Part shown: one piece after another, positions 54,315 through 61,711 of the stretch | Layout of the letters: each line of letters opens with the position of its first letter | How positions within the stretch are numbered: the first letter of the stretch is position 1 | Assembly: GCA_937889395.1 (NCBI GenBank) | Contig: CALAOW010000083.1 | Location: 1-61,711, forward strand | Source: an uncultured Pseudomonadota bacterium | GTDB taxonomy: Bacteria; Desulfobacterota; Binatia; Binatales; Binataceae | Reading direction: 5' to 3' | Length of the DNA: 61,711 nt | Made by a program: the position numbers and the translations under genes | Notes under the pieces: generated by a model | The model's database searches: none | Told to the model about the DNA's origin: nothing | Seen by the model: only the letters and a program-made list of their open reading frames with translations

Positions 54315-54977
54315 ATGATGACGCCAACTTCCATCCAGCGAATCCTGCCGCGGCGCGCGATCGCGATGCTCACGGTGACGGCCGCGCTCGTCGTCAGCCT
54401 TGCACCGTCGCGCTTTTTGGCGGCCGCCCGGGCCGACGATCCGATGTCCGTGGTGCGGACCACCGTCAACCAGGCGCTGGACGTGCTCCGCGACAATCAA
54501 ACTCCGCTGGCCCAGCGCCAGGACAAGCTGCGCCAAATCGTGTCCGCAACCTTCGATTTCACCGAGATGGCGAAGTCGGCGCTCGGCTACCATTGGAAGC
54601 AGATCACCCCCGATCAGCAGCAGGAGTTCACCAAAGCGTTCGTCGCTTTCATCGAGGATTCTTACTTGAGCAAGGTTAACGACTACCGCGGTCAGCAGGT
54701 CGCCTTCCTCAGGATGACGACCGACGGGCCCCAGTATGCGGAGGTCAACACCGATATCGTGGAGCCGGAGGGCAAGGACCCGATCCATTTGAACTACCGC
54801 CTCGTGCAGGAGGGCGCTACCTGGAAGATCTACGATGTGACCGTGGACTCGATCAGTATCATCGCGAATTACCGCAACCAGTTTAATCGCGTGATGAACA
54901 ATCAGGGCTACGCCACCCTGATTAGCGACTTAAAGAGTAAACAGGCCGCCCTTGCGGCAAGTCTCGCGAATCACTAG
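54315..54977 (+). CDS. mlaC: MlaC / Ttg2D-family periplasmic lipid-binding protein
   Basis: ATG at 54315 gives a signal peptide. F.EMAK.ALG..WK....QQ.EF...F......Y......Y, W.IYDV.V..IS...NYR.QF. Confidence 0.8.
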   Translation: MMTPTSIQRILPRRAIAMLTVTAALVVSLAPSRFLAAARADDPMSVVRTTVNQALDVLRDNQTPLAQRQDKLRQIVSATFDFTEMAKSALGYHWKQITPDQQQEFTKAFVAFIEDSYLSKVNDYRGQQVAFLRMTTDGPQYAEVNTDIVEPEGKDPIHLNYRLVQEGATWKIYDVTVDSISIIANYRNQFNRVMNNQGYATLISDLKSKQAALAASLANH

Positions 54978-55041
54978 CAAGTATGGATTCCTTGAGTCTG
55001 GAAAGGTACCCTCTAAAGGAAGATTTTAGGGCGACACCGCC

Positions 55042-55875
55042 ATGGAGAGGCAAATGACATCTGGTTCGAAACAAATCGAAAGGACAAGCGCGCGTTGGAT
55101 GATGCTCGCATCGTCCCTGCTTGCGGTCGTTTCGTTTGCGACCCCGGCTCTGAGCCAGGGCGCCGCTCCGGTGTCGCAGAACCCGGCCGCCCAATCGCCG
55201 GCCAATCCGTCGACTCAGCCACCGGGCGAGAACAATCAGGGCGGCTATGCCGATCCGATAGCGGCGTTCAATGAGCCGATGTTCACCTTCAACCTCAAGC
55301 TCGACGATTGGGTGCTGCGCCCTGTAGCCAGCGGATACGCCACCATCACGCCGCAGCCGGTGCGTGAGAGCGTGGACAGATTCTTTGACAACGTCCATGT
55401 CATCCCGCGTTTCGCCAACAACCTGTTTCAGCTCAAGCTGGTCGAGGCCGGCGGCGAAATCGCCCGTTTTGGAATCAACTCGACGCTCGGATTGGCCGGC
55501 TTCTTCGATCCCGCCGACCTTTTGTTTGGGCTCAAGCAGCATCGCAACGATTTCGGTCTGACCATTCGCTACTACGACATCCCGACCGGTCCGTACTTGA
55601 TGCTTCCGTTGATGGGACCTTCGACGATTGGCGACACGGTCGGCCTGGTCGCCGACGGTGCGATGGATCCGATCAGCTACTTCGTTCCGTGGTGGGTGTC
55701 GATCACGGTGGCCACCGGGGAGGGCGCGGCTGAAGCAGTGAACTACCGCTCGCTGCATCTGAACATGTTCGAGGAAGCCGATCGCTATGCGATCGATCTC
55801 TACGGCGCTGTTCAGGACGCGTACCTGCAGATGCGCGTGAACAAGGTCAAGAAGCTCCACGAGGAACAGTGGTAA
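55042..55875 (+). CDS. mlaA: MlaA/VacJ-family lipoprotein
   Basis: DP...FNE.MF.FN..LD.....P.A..Y....P..V...V..FF.N........N..LQ and N.T.G.AG..D.A. Confidence 0.85.
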   Translation: MERQMTSGSKQIERTSARWMMLASSLLAVVSFATPALSQGAAPVSQNPAAQSPANPSTQPPGENNQGGYADPIAAFNEPMFTFNLKLDDWVLRPVASGYATITPQPVRESVDRFFDNVHVIPRFANNLFQLKLVEAGGEIARFGINSTLGLAGFFDPADLLFGLKQHRNDFGLTIRYYDIPTGPYLMLPLMGPSTIGDTVGLVADGAMDPISYFVPWWVSITVATGEGAAEAVNYRSLHLNMFEEADRYAIDLYGAVQDAYLQMRVNKVKKLHEEQW

Positions 55876-55919
55876 GCTGACCCGGATTCGTTATTAAATC
55901 AAAGGTGATTTGACGATTG

Positions 55920-55961
55920 GCGCGCCGCGGGACTGATGTTCCGCGGCGCGCTGCTCTTTTT
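55920..55961 (+). terminator. Rho-independent terminator after mlaA
   Basis: GCGCGCCGCGG-gactgatgtt-CCGCGGCGCGC, followed by tgctcttttt. Confidence 0.8.
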
Positions 55962-55982
55962 AAGCCCGCGCGCCAGACTTCT

Positions 55983-56846
55983 TTAGTTCACTTGTTCCCA
56001 CGCGTGGTACGAGCTGCGCACCAACGGCCCTGACTCGACGTGATGGAACCCCATCGCGAGCGCGGCCGTCTTCAACTCCGCGAACTCCGCCGGCGGCACG
56101 TACCTGGCGACGGGAATGTGTTCCGCCGACGGCCGCAGATACTGCCCGAGCGTCAGGATGTCGCACCCTACCCTGCGCAAATCGCGGATCACATCGAGCA
56201 GCTCGCTGTTGCTCTCGCCAAGCCCGAGCATCACGCCCGCCTTGGTGAACATCGGCTTGCCGAGCTGGCGCGCCGAGTCTTTCGCATGGCGGATAACGTC
56301 AAGCGATCGAGCGTAATTTCCGCCCGGCCGCACCGTGCGATAAAGACTCGGCACCGTTTCGATATTGTGGTTGTAGATATCGATCGGCGACCCCACCACC
56401 GTCTCGACGCTGGCGAACGATCCCTGGAAGTCCGGCACCAGCACTTCGACGCGCGCCGGCGCAGCCATCGCTTTGATTGCATGCGCCGTCGCCGCGAAAT
56501 GCGCCGCGCCGCCGTCCGGCAGATCGTCGCGATCGACCGAGGTGACGACGACATGTTGCAGTCCAAGCCGCGCCACCGCCTCCGCGATTCGCCGCGGTTC
56601 ATCGGAATCCAGCGGACGAACTTTGCCGTGCGCGACTGCGCAGTACGGACAATTGCGCGTGCACACGTCGCCCATCAGGATGAAGGTGGCGATGCGATGC
56701 GAAAAGCATTCGCCGATGTTCGGGCAGCACGCCTCCTGGCAGACCGAATGCAGCTTGAGCCCGCCGAGGATCGCCTTGGTGCGAAAGTACTCGGGCGACA
56801 CCGGTGCGCGAACCTTAATCCAGTCGGGATGTTTTCGTTCAACCAT
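55983..56846 (-). CDS. lipA: Lipoyl synthase
   Basis: The ATG at 56846 overlaps the lipB stop. HSVCQEACCPNIGEC and CTRNCPYC clusters. Confidence 0.93.
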   Translation of the reverse strand: MVERKHPDWIKVRAPVSPEYFRTKAILGGLKLHSVCQEACCPNIGECFSHRIATFILMGDVCTRNCPYCAVAHGKVRPLDSDEPRRIAEAVARLGLQHVVVTSVDRDDLPDGGAAHFAATAHAIKAMAAPARVEVLVPDFQGSFASVETVVGSPIDIYNHNIETVPSLYRTVRPGGNYARSLDVIRHAKDSARQLGKPMFTKAGVMLGLGESNSELLDVIRDLRRVGCDILTLGQYLRPSAEHIPVARYVPPAEFAELKTAALAMGFHHVESGPLVRSSYHAWEQVN

Positions 56847-57528
56847 CGCCAGCCACAAACTCAGCGGTCGGCACAATTCGCGCTGCCGCCACTGAAAAAA
56901 TTTCATCGTAACGGAACACACCGCGGAAACTCTCGCGCATCACCTCGGCGAATTCGCTCACCGACACTGCCCGATTCGTCAGCTCGCAGATCGAAGTCAT
57001 GCGGCATCCCTCGATACCGCAGGGCACGATCGCATCGAAAAAACTGAGATCGGTGGATACGTTCAGTGCGAAGCCGTGCCAGGTGGTCCAGCGCCGGATG
57101 CCGACGCCGATCGACGCGATCTTGCGCGACCCAACCCAGACGCCGGTCATCGCGTCGCGGCGGGCGGCGTCGATGCCGAATTTTGCCAGCGCGTCGATCA
57201 TCGCCGCCTCGAGGCCTCGAAGATACTTCGTAACGTCGCGGTCGCGCCCTTCGAGTTTGAGAATCGGATAACCGATCAGCTGTCCGGGGCCGTGATAGGT
57301 TACCTGCCCGCCGCGCGAAACCCGCCGAATCGGCACGCTCGCCGGATTGCCGACGATGAAGCGCTCGTCCGCGCCGCGCCCGAGCGTGAAAACGTGCGGA
57401 TGCTCCATCATCAGGAGCGTGTCGCCTATCGCGCCGTCGATCCGCGCCGCCAGCATCGCGGTTTGCATCGCAAGCGCGGCGTCGTAGTCGAGCACGCCCA
57501 AATCGGCGACGGTGAGTGTTCGACCCAT
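56839..57528 (-). CDS. lipB: Octanoyltransferase (lipoyl(octanoyl) transferase)
   Basis: EHP.V.TLGR......RGG..TYHGPGQL..YPIL and a KI...G......T.HG.ALN block. Confidence 0.9.
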   Translation of the reverse strand: MGRTLTVADLGVLDYDAALAMQTAMLAARIDGAIGDTLLMMEHPHVFTLGRGADERFIVGNPASVPIRRVSRGGQVTYHGPGQLIGYPILKLEGRDRDVTKYLRGLEAAMIDALAKFGIDAARRDAMTGVWVGSRKIASIGVGIRRWTTWHGFALNVSTDLSFFDAIVPCGIEGCRMTSICELTNRAVSVSEFAEVMRESFRGVFRYDEIFSVAAARIVPTAEFVAGDG

Positions 57529-57530
57529 AT

Positions 57531-58943
57531 TCAGAAGTCTATCGCTTCACCGTCTGCCGCCAAAGCCGCTTGCATGATCGCCTCGGACATCGTGGGATGC
57601 GGATGCGCGGTCTTGCCGATTTCGGCGGTGGTGGTCTCGAGCGTTTTGCCGAGCACGACTTCGGAAATCAGGTCGGTGGCACCGTGTCCGACAATCTGGC
57701 ATCCGATCACTTCGCCGTACTGTTTGGTCGCGACGATTTTCACGAAGCCCGCGGTCTCGCCGATCGCAACCGCCTTACCGATCGCGCGAAACGGAAACTT
57801 GCCGACCTTCACTTCGATGCCGCGCGCTTTGGCGTCGGCTTCGCTGAGTCCCACCGTCGCGACTTCGGGCTCGCAGTAGATGCATCCGGGGATCGCGAGC
57901 AGGTCGAAACCGGGTTCGCGCACCCCCGCCATGATTTCGACCGCCGCGATGCCTTCGGCGCTGGCCTTGTGCGCGAGCAGCGGCGGGCGGATCACATCGC
58001 CGATCGAGTAGATGCTCGGCACGCTGGTCTGGAACGAGTCGTTCACCTTAATGAAGCCGCCGCGTTCGAGCTCGACCCCAAGTTTTTCGAGTCCGATATT
58101 CTGGCTGAGCGGGGTGCGGCCGACGGCAATCAGCACAACTTCCGCGTCGAGAGATTTTTCGGCGCCATCGGCCGTTACCGCGACCGACCAGAGATTGCCC
58201 TTGCGCGCCATCGACTTGTAGCCATGCCCGAGCATCACGGTGACGCCGCGCTTGACGAACGCGCGGCGCAATTCTTCGGCGACTTCGGCGTCGAAGCCGG
58301 GAAGCATCTGCTTTTCCAGCTCGACGATCGTAACCTTCGCGCCGAACGCGCTGTAGAAGTAGCCGAACTCGAGTCCGATCGCACCGGCTCCTATCACGAC
58401 GACGCTCGCGGGCATCGTGTCGAGCACCAGCGCCTCCTTGCTGGTGACGACGCCGTCGCTAACCTTCATGCCCGGGAACAGTTTTTCGCCGGACCCGGCC
58501 GCAATCAGAATCCTCTCCCCCTCGAGTGCTGAAACCGCCGGCGCAGATTTGCCTTCGACCGGCGCGAGCGCAACAGAATGCGGCCCGGTAACAGTCGCGT
58601 CGGCCTCGAAGTAATCGATTTTGTTTTTCTTGAGCAGGTAAAGCACGCCCTTGGACAGTTTCTCAGCGGCGGCCCGCGACCGCGCGATCACTTTTTTGAA
58701 ATCGAAACGAACCTCGCCGACCTCGATGCCGTGCTCCTTCGAAGCCCCGCGAATAGTGTCCATCGCGCCGGCAGAGTTAAGCAGCGCCTTGGAAGGAATA
58801 CACCCCCAATTCAGGCAAACACCCCCAGCCCGGTCCCGCTCGATGACCGCGACACGCATCTTAAGCTGCGCAGCCCGAATAGCAGCAACATAACCGCCAG
58901 GCCCGGATCCGATCACAACAAGGTCATACCGAGAATTAGCCAA
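57531..58943 (-). CDS. lpdA: Dihydrolipoyl dehydrogenase
   Basis: GSGPGGYVAAIRAAQLG-type FAD motif, redox-active GGVCLNWGCIPSK, and C-terminal HPHPT.SE. Confidence 0.95.
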   Translation of the reverse strand: MANSRYDLVVIGSGPGGYVAAIRAAQLKMRVAVIERDRAGGVCLNWGCIPSKALLNSAGAMDTIRGASKEHGIEVGEVRFDFKKVIARSRAAAEKLSKGVLYLLKKNKIDYFEADATVTGPHSVALAPVEGKSAPAVSALEGERILIAAGSGEKLFPGMKVSDGVVTSKEALVLDTMPASVVVIGAGAIGLEFGYFYSAFGAKVTIVELEKQMLPGFDAEVAEELRRAFVKRGVTVMLGHGYKSMARKGNLWSVAVTADGAEKSLDAEVVLIAVGRTPLSQNIGLEKLGVELERGGFIKVNDSFQTSVPSIYSIGDVIRPPLLAHKASAEGIAAVEIMAGVREPGFDLLAIPGCIYCEPEVATVGLSEADAKARGIEVKVGKFPFRAIGKAVAIGETAGFVKIVATKQYGEVIGCQIVGHGATDLISEVVLGKTLETTTAEIGKTAHPHPTMSEAIMQAALAADGEAIDF

Positions 58944-59124
58944 GATAAAATCCCTCAGAGGTTTTCCCCATTATTCTCCGAATCAAAACATCGAGTAAGA
59001 GGAGGCTACTGTCGCCAGAGGTGCAAAGTGAAGAGCTCAACTTGGAAAGCGGATCCTGGCTGGAGACGCGGCCTCGACCGGTGAGTTGTGCGTAACCAGC
59101 GCCGGACACCGGAGCGTCCGTCGA

Positions 59125-59290
59125 GGTTCTTCGCTACAGCAGTTTTCGCTCAGAACGACACGTGAGACCGCTCGCTTTTTTGTGTCATCCTGAGCGCAGC
59201 GAAGGATCTCGCGCTTCCAGCGCGGATCGATCCAGCACCAACATTGGGTTATGCAAAGCTCTCCTGACAGGGAGAGGACGAAGGTGAGGG
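59125..59290. repeat. Inverted pair of module-C hairpin repeats plus a 'ctctcctgacagggagagg...ggtgaggg' module (D)
   Basis: 59125-59161 is the reverse complement of a module-C copy (GTTCT/AGAAC stem). 59182-59208 is gtgtcatcctgagcgcagcgaaggatc. 59259-59290 parallels 25641-25693. Confidence 0.8.
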
Positions 59291-59477
59291 TCCAATTACA
59301 TTACAGCGCGCCCTGTTTTTCCCTTCTTAATACTGGCCTCCCGTGCCCACGGGCGCTCGCGATTCAGGATTCTGCCTCCGCCCACAACACATCCGGACGT
59401 TATGCAAACCTCTCTTCGAGTTCAGGGATGAACTGTTCAGCCTGACGCCGCCTCGCCCGGCGTGTTACGCGTACTGA

Positions 59478-60125
59478 ATGGACAACGATCAGCATACTCT
59501 ACCCTCGCCGGCCTTGGCCTTGCCCGAAAGCGGGCTGCCCGCGCTTTCGCCGCGCCAGCTTGCGCGCCGTGCCAACGCGATGAAATCTACCGGCCCGCGC
59601 ACGCCCGAAGGCAAGGCCGTTGCGCGTCTCAACGCCCTCAAGCACGGTTTCTTCGCCTGCGACGTCGTCAACCCCGTACTCGACGACCCCGTTCGCACCG
59701 AGGAATTCAATTCGCTCCTCGACGCTTTGCTCGAAGAGTTCCAACCGCAGTCCGCCCGCGAGCGCATCCTGATCGACGAGGTCGCCGCATGCTGCTGGCG
59801 AATCCGCCGATTGCTGCGCTACGAATGCCGCGAATCCTGGATCGATGAGGACGCTTCTCGCCGCCACGCCGATACTGAGACGCCCAGCGAATCACTGCTC
59901 GCCACGATGGGCTACGATAACTACGGCGTTCGTCGGCGCACTGCTCAGAAGCTCCGGCGCGCCGGACTCGATGCCTTTATCCTGCCGAGCGATTCGGATG
60001 TGGATAAAATCGTCCGCTTCGAAGGAGCCGTAAAGCGAAACCTGTACCGGGCGCTCGATTCTCTTGAGCGGATGCGATCCGCGCGCAGCCGCCCGGAATC
60101 ATCGGCCGCAACTCCGCGGACATGA
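59478..60125 (+). CDS. Conserved hypothetical protein (N-terminal KSTGPRTPEGKA..NALKHG motif)
   Basis: ORF with a plausible ATG. I recall the motif from hypothetical proteins of several GC-rich phyla. No function known. Confidence 0.5.
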   Translation: MDNDQHTLPSPALALPESGLPALSPRQLARRANAMKSTGPRTPEGKAVARLNALKHGFFACDVVNPVLDDPVRTEEFNSLLDALLEEFQPQSARERILIDEVAACCWRIRRLLRYECRESWIDEDASRRHADTETPSESLLATMGYDNYGVRRRTAQKLRRAGLDAFILPSDSDVDKIVRFEGAVKRNLYRALDSLERMRSARSRPESSAATPRT

Positions 60126-60469
60126 CTCTTCCCGAAAAAAATTTGACGGAACGAAGCTACCCTTGGGGCCGTGGCCTCCACTGGACCACAACCGGCGGTG
60201 GTCCGGGACCCTTCGGATTCGGGCGGGGCGGGCTGCTCGATTCCTCCTTTTTTGGCGATTCGTGTTTCGTTCTGCTGAACTAAAAACGTTCCACGTGAAA
60301 CATTCGTATCTAAACCCCAGCAAACAACTTCCCTTTTTCGGAAATCAGCCGTAATTTCGCCGCGCCGGATCGAGCCGGGGCGCGGGGCTGCGCTCGTGGT
60401 TTGGGGGCCGTAGACATGAGCGAGACGTTTTATTCGCCGCCGCCTTGCTAATATACATGTTGTAAAAAT

Positions 60470-61711
60470 ATGGTGCGGACTGTGACATTGCGGCTGGCAC
60501 GATCGTGGGTGGTGATTTTGGTGCTGATGCTTTGCGGCGTCGTGCTGCCCGCCGTCGCGCATGCGCAGGCGGACCAGTCCGTGTACACCGACGCGCTCGT
60601 TAACGGCTGGCAGGACTGGAGTTGGGCGACGGTGAATTTCAGCAATACCCAGCCGGTCCAATCCGGCGCCGACTCGATCAGTGTCAGCGCGGGCCCCTAC
60701 CAGGCGCTCTACCTGCATCACGACGCCTTCGATTCCAGCCTCTACTCCAATTTGGTTTTCTGGATCGACGGAGGCTCGACCGGCGGCCAGTTGCTGCAAG
60801 TCCAGGCGACGCTCAACGCCACGGCGCAGACCGTGGTGACGCTGCCTCCCCTTGCGGCGAACAGCTGGCAGCAAGTCACTATTCCGCTGTCTTCGCTGGG
60901 TGTGGAGAGCCAACCGAACCTTGACGGATTTTGGATCCAGGACCGCAGCGGCACGACGCAGCCGAAGTTTTACGTGGACACCATCTCGATTACGGCGCAA
61001 CCGGCGCCGAGTGTGGTGAACGTTACGGTGAACGCGGCGGATGCGGTGCGCGTGGTCGATGCGCGGCATTTCGGAATCAACACGGCGGTGTGGGACTCGA
61101 TGCTGGATACGAGCGTCACGACCAACCTGCTGACCGAGATGGGCGCCGGGGCGCTGCGCTTCCCGGGCGGTTCGCTCGCCGACGATTACAACTGGGCCAC
61201 CAACACTACCGACAGCAACACATGGCAATGGGCAACGTCATTCGACATGTTTGCCCAGGTTGCTACCAGCGTCGGCGCGCAGGCCTTCGTCACCGCCAAC
61301 TACGGATCGGGCACGCCGGCGGAGGCTGCCGCGTGGGTGCAGGAATCCAATGTCACCAATCATTACGGGTTTAAGTATTGGGAAATAGGTAACGAGTGCT
61401 ACGGCTCATGGGAGACTGACAATAACACTGTCCCACATGATCCCTACACCTATGCGCAGCGCTTCCAGCAATACTACATCCAGATGAAGGCGGTGGACCC
61501 GACTATCAAAATCGGCGCCGTGGCGGTTGCCGGCGAGGACAGTTACGCGAACAACACCAATCACCCGGTGATCAATCCGCGCACCGGAGTAACGCACAAT
61601 GGCTGGACGCCCGTGATGCTCGCGACGATGCGCAGCCTGGGCGTAACCCCGGATTTCCTGATCTACCATCGCTATGCGCAATCGCCGGGTGATGAGAGCG
61701 ATCAAGGACTG
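60470..61711 (+). CDS. Secreted clan GH-A glycoside hydrolase (GH51/GH39/GH79-like) with N-terminal CBM-like domain; 3' end outside the window
   Basis: This 414-codon frame is open to the window end and absent from the ORF track. Signal peptide MVRTVTLRLARSWVVILVLMLCGVVLPAVAHA, LRFPGGSLADDYNW, and the acid/base motif WEIGNECYG. Confidence 0.75.
   Translation, partial: MVRTVTLRLARSWVVILVLMLCGVVLPAVAHAQADQSVYTDALVNGWQDWSWATVNFSNTQPVQSGADSISVSAGPYQALYLHHDAFDSSLYSNLVFWIDGGSTGGQLLQVQATLNATAQTVVTLPPLAANSWQQVTIPLSSLGVESQPNLDGFWIQDRSGTTQPKFYVDTISITAQPAPSVVNVTVNAADAVRVVDARHFGINTAVWDSMLDTSVTTNLLTEMGAGALRFPGGSLADDYNWATNTTDSNTWQWATSFDMFAQVATSVGAQAFVTANYGSGTPAEAAAWVQESNVTNHYGFKYWEIGNECYGSWETDNNTVPHDPYTYAQRFQQYYIQMKAVDPTIKIGAVAVAGEDSYANNTNHPVINPRTGVTHNGWTPVMLATMRSLGVTPDFLIYHRYAQSPGDESDQGL

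Noticed and set aside
60126-60469. tRNA gene or tRNA-derived att site in the 340-nt non-coding stretch, and likewise in 58944-59477.
   Set aside because: I could not fold any segment into a cloverleaf. There is no GTTCGAATC-type T-arm with a matching acceptor stem, only isolated hairpins.

Overview
GC-rich (by eye, mid-60s %GC) bacterial chromosomal segment, densely coding, with about 60 protein genes. I found no rRNA, tRNA, CRISPR array, transposase, integrase or reverse transcriptase. Housekeeping blocks are recognisable: efp; ygfZ; rplU-rpmA and obg-proB-proA-nadD-rsfS; sufT; mlaEFDCA; lipA-lipB-lpd. Acyl-CoA metabolism is well represented (TPP enzyme, ACAD, thiolase, two enoyl-CoA hydratases, acyl-CoA synthetase, amidohydrolase), as are F420-related genes (cofC, LLM oxidoreductase) and sugar genes (ROK kinase-like, GH38, and a secreted GH-A hydrolase that runs off the 3' end). 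Five things stand out. (1) The first 10.2 kb is one tightly coupled co-directional block of ten genes. It joins the C-terminal part of a NarG/EbdA-type molybdoenzyme to three adenylate-forming paralogues (two degenerate), a U32-family protein, a membrane protein, MoaA, DUF1329, a nitrate-reductase-associated protein and an MqnC/MqnE/CofH-type radical SAM enzyme. This is my best candidate for an undescribed pathway. (2) An 870-aa repeat-built predicted beta-helix membrane protein of unknown function is bracketed by mosaics of short structured repeats. (3) That family of short hairpin modules recurs at four loci, and different copies carry compensatory stem changes. (4) A roughly 1,140-aa NHL-repeat surface protein gene is broken by two single-base frameshifts. 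(5) Two desulforedoxin-type mini-ORFs are absent from the ORF track. Family assignments rest on motifs I recognise in the translations; no database search was possible.
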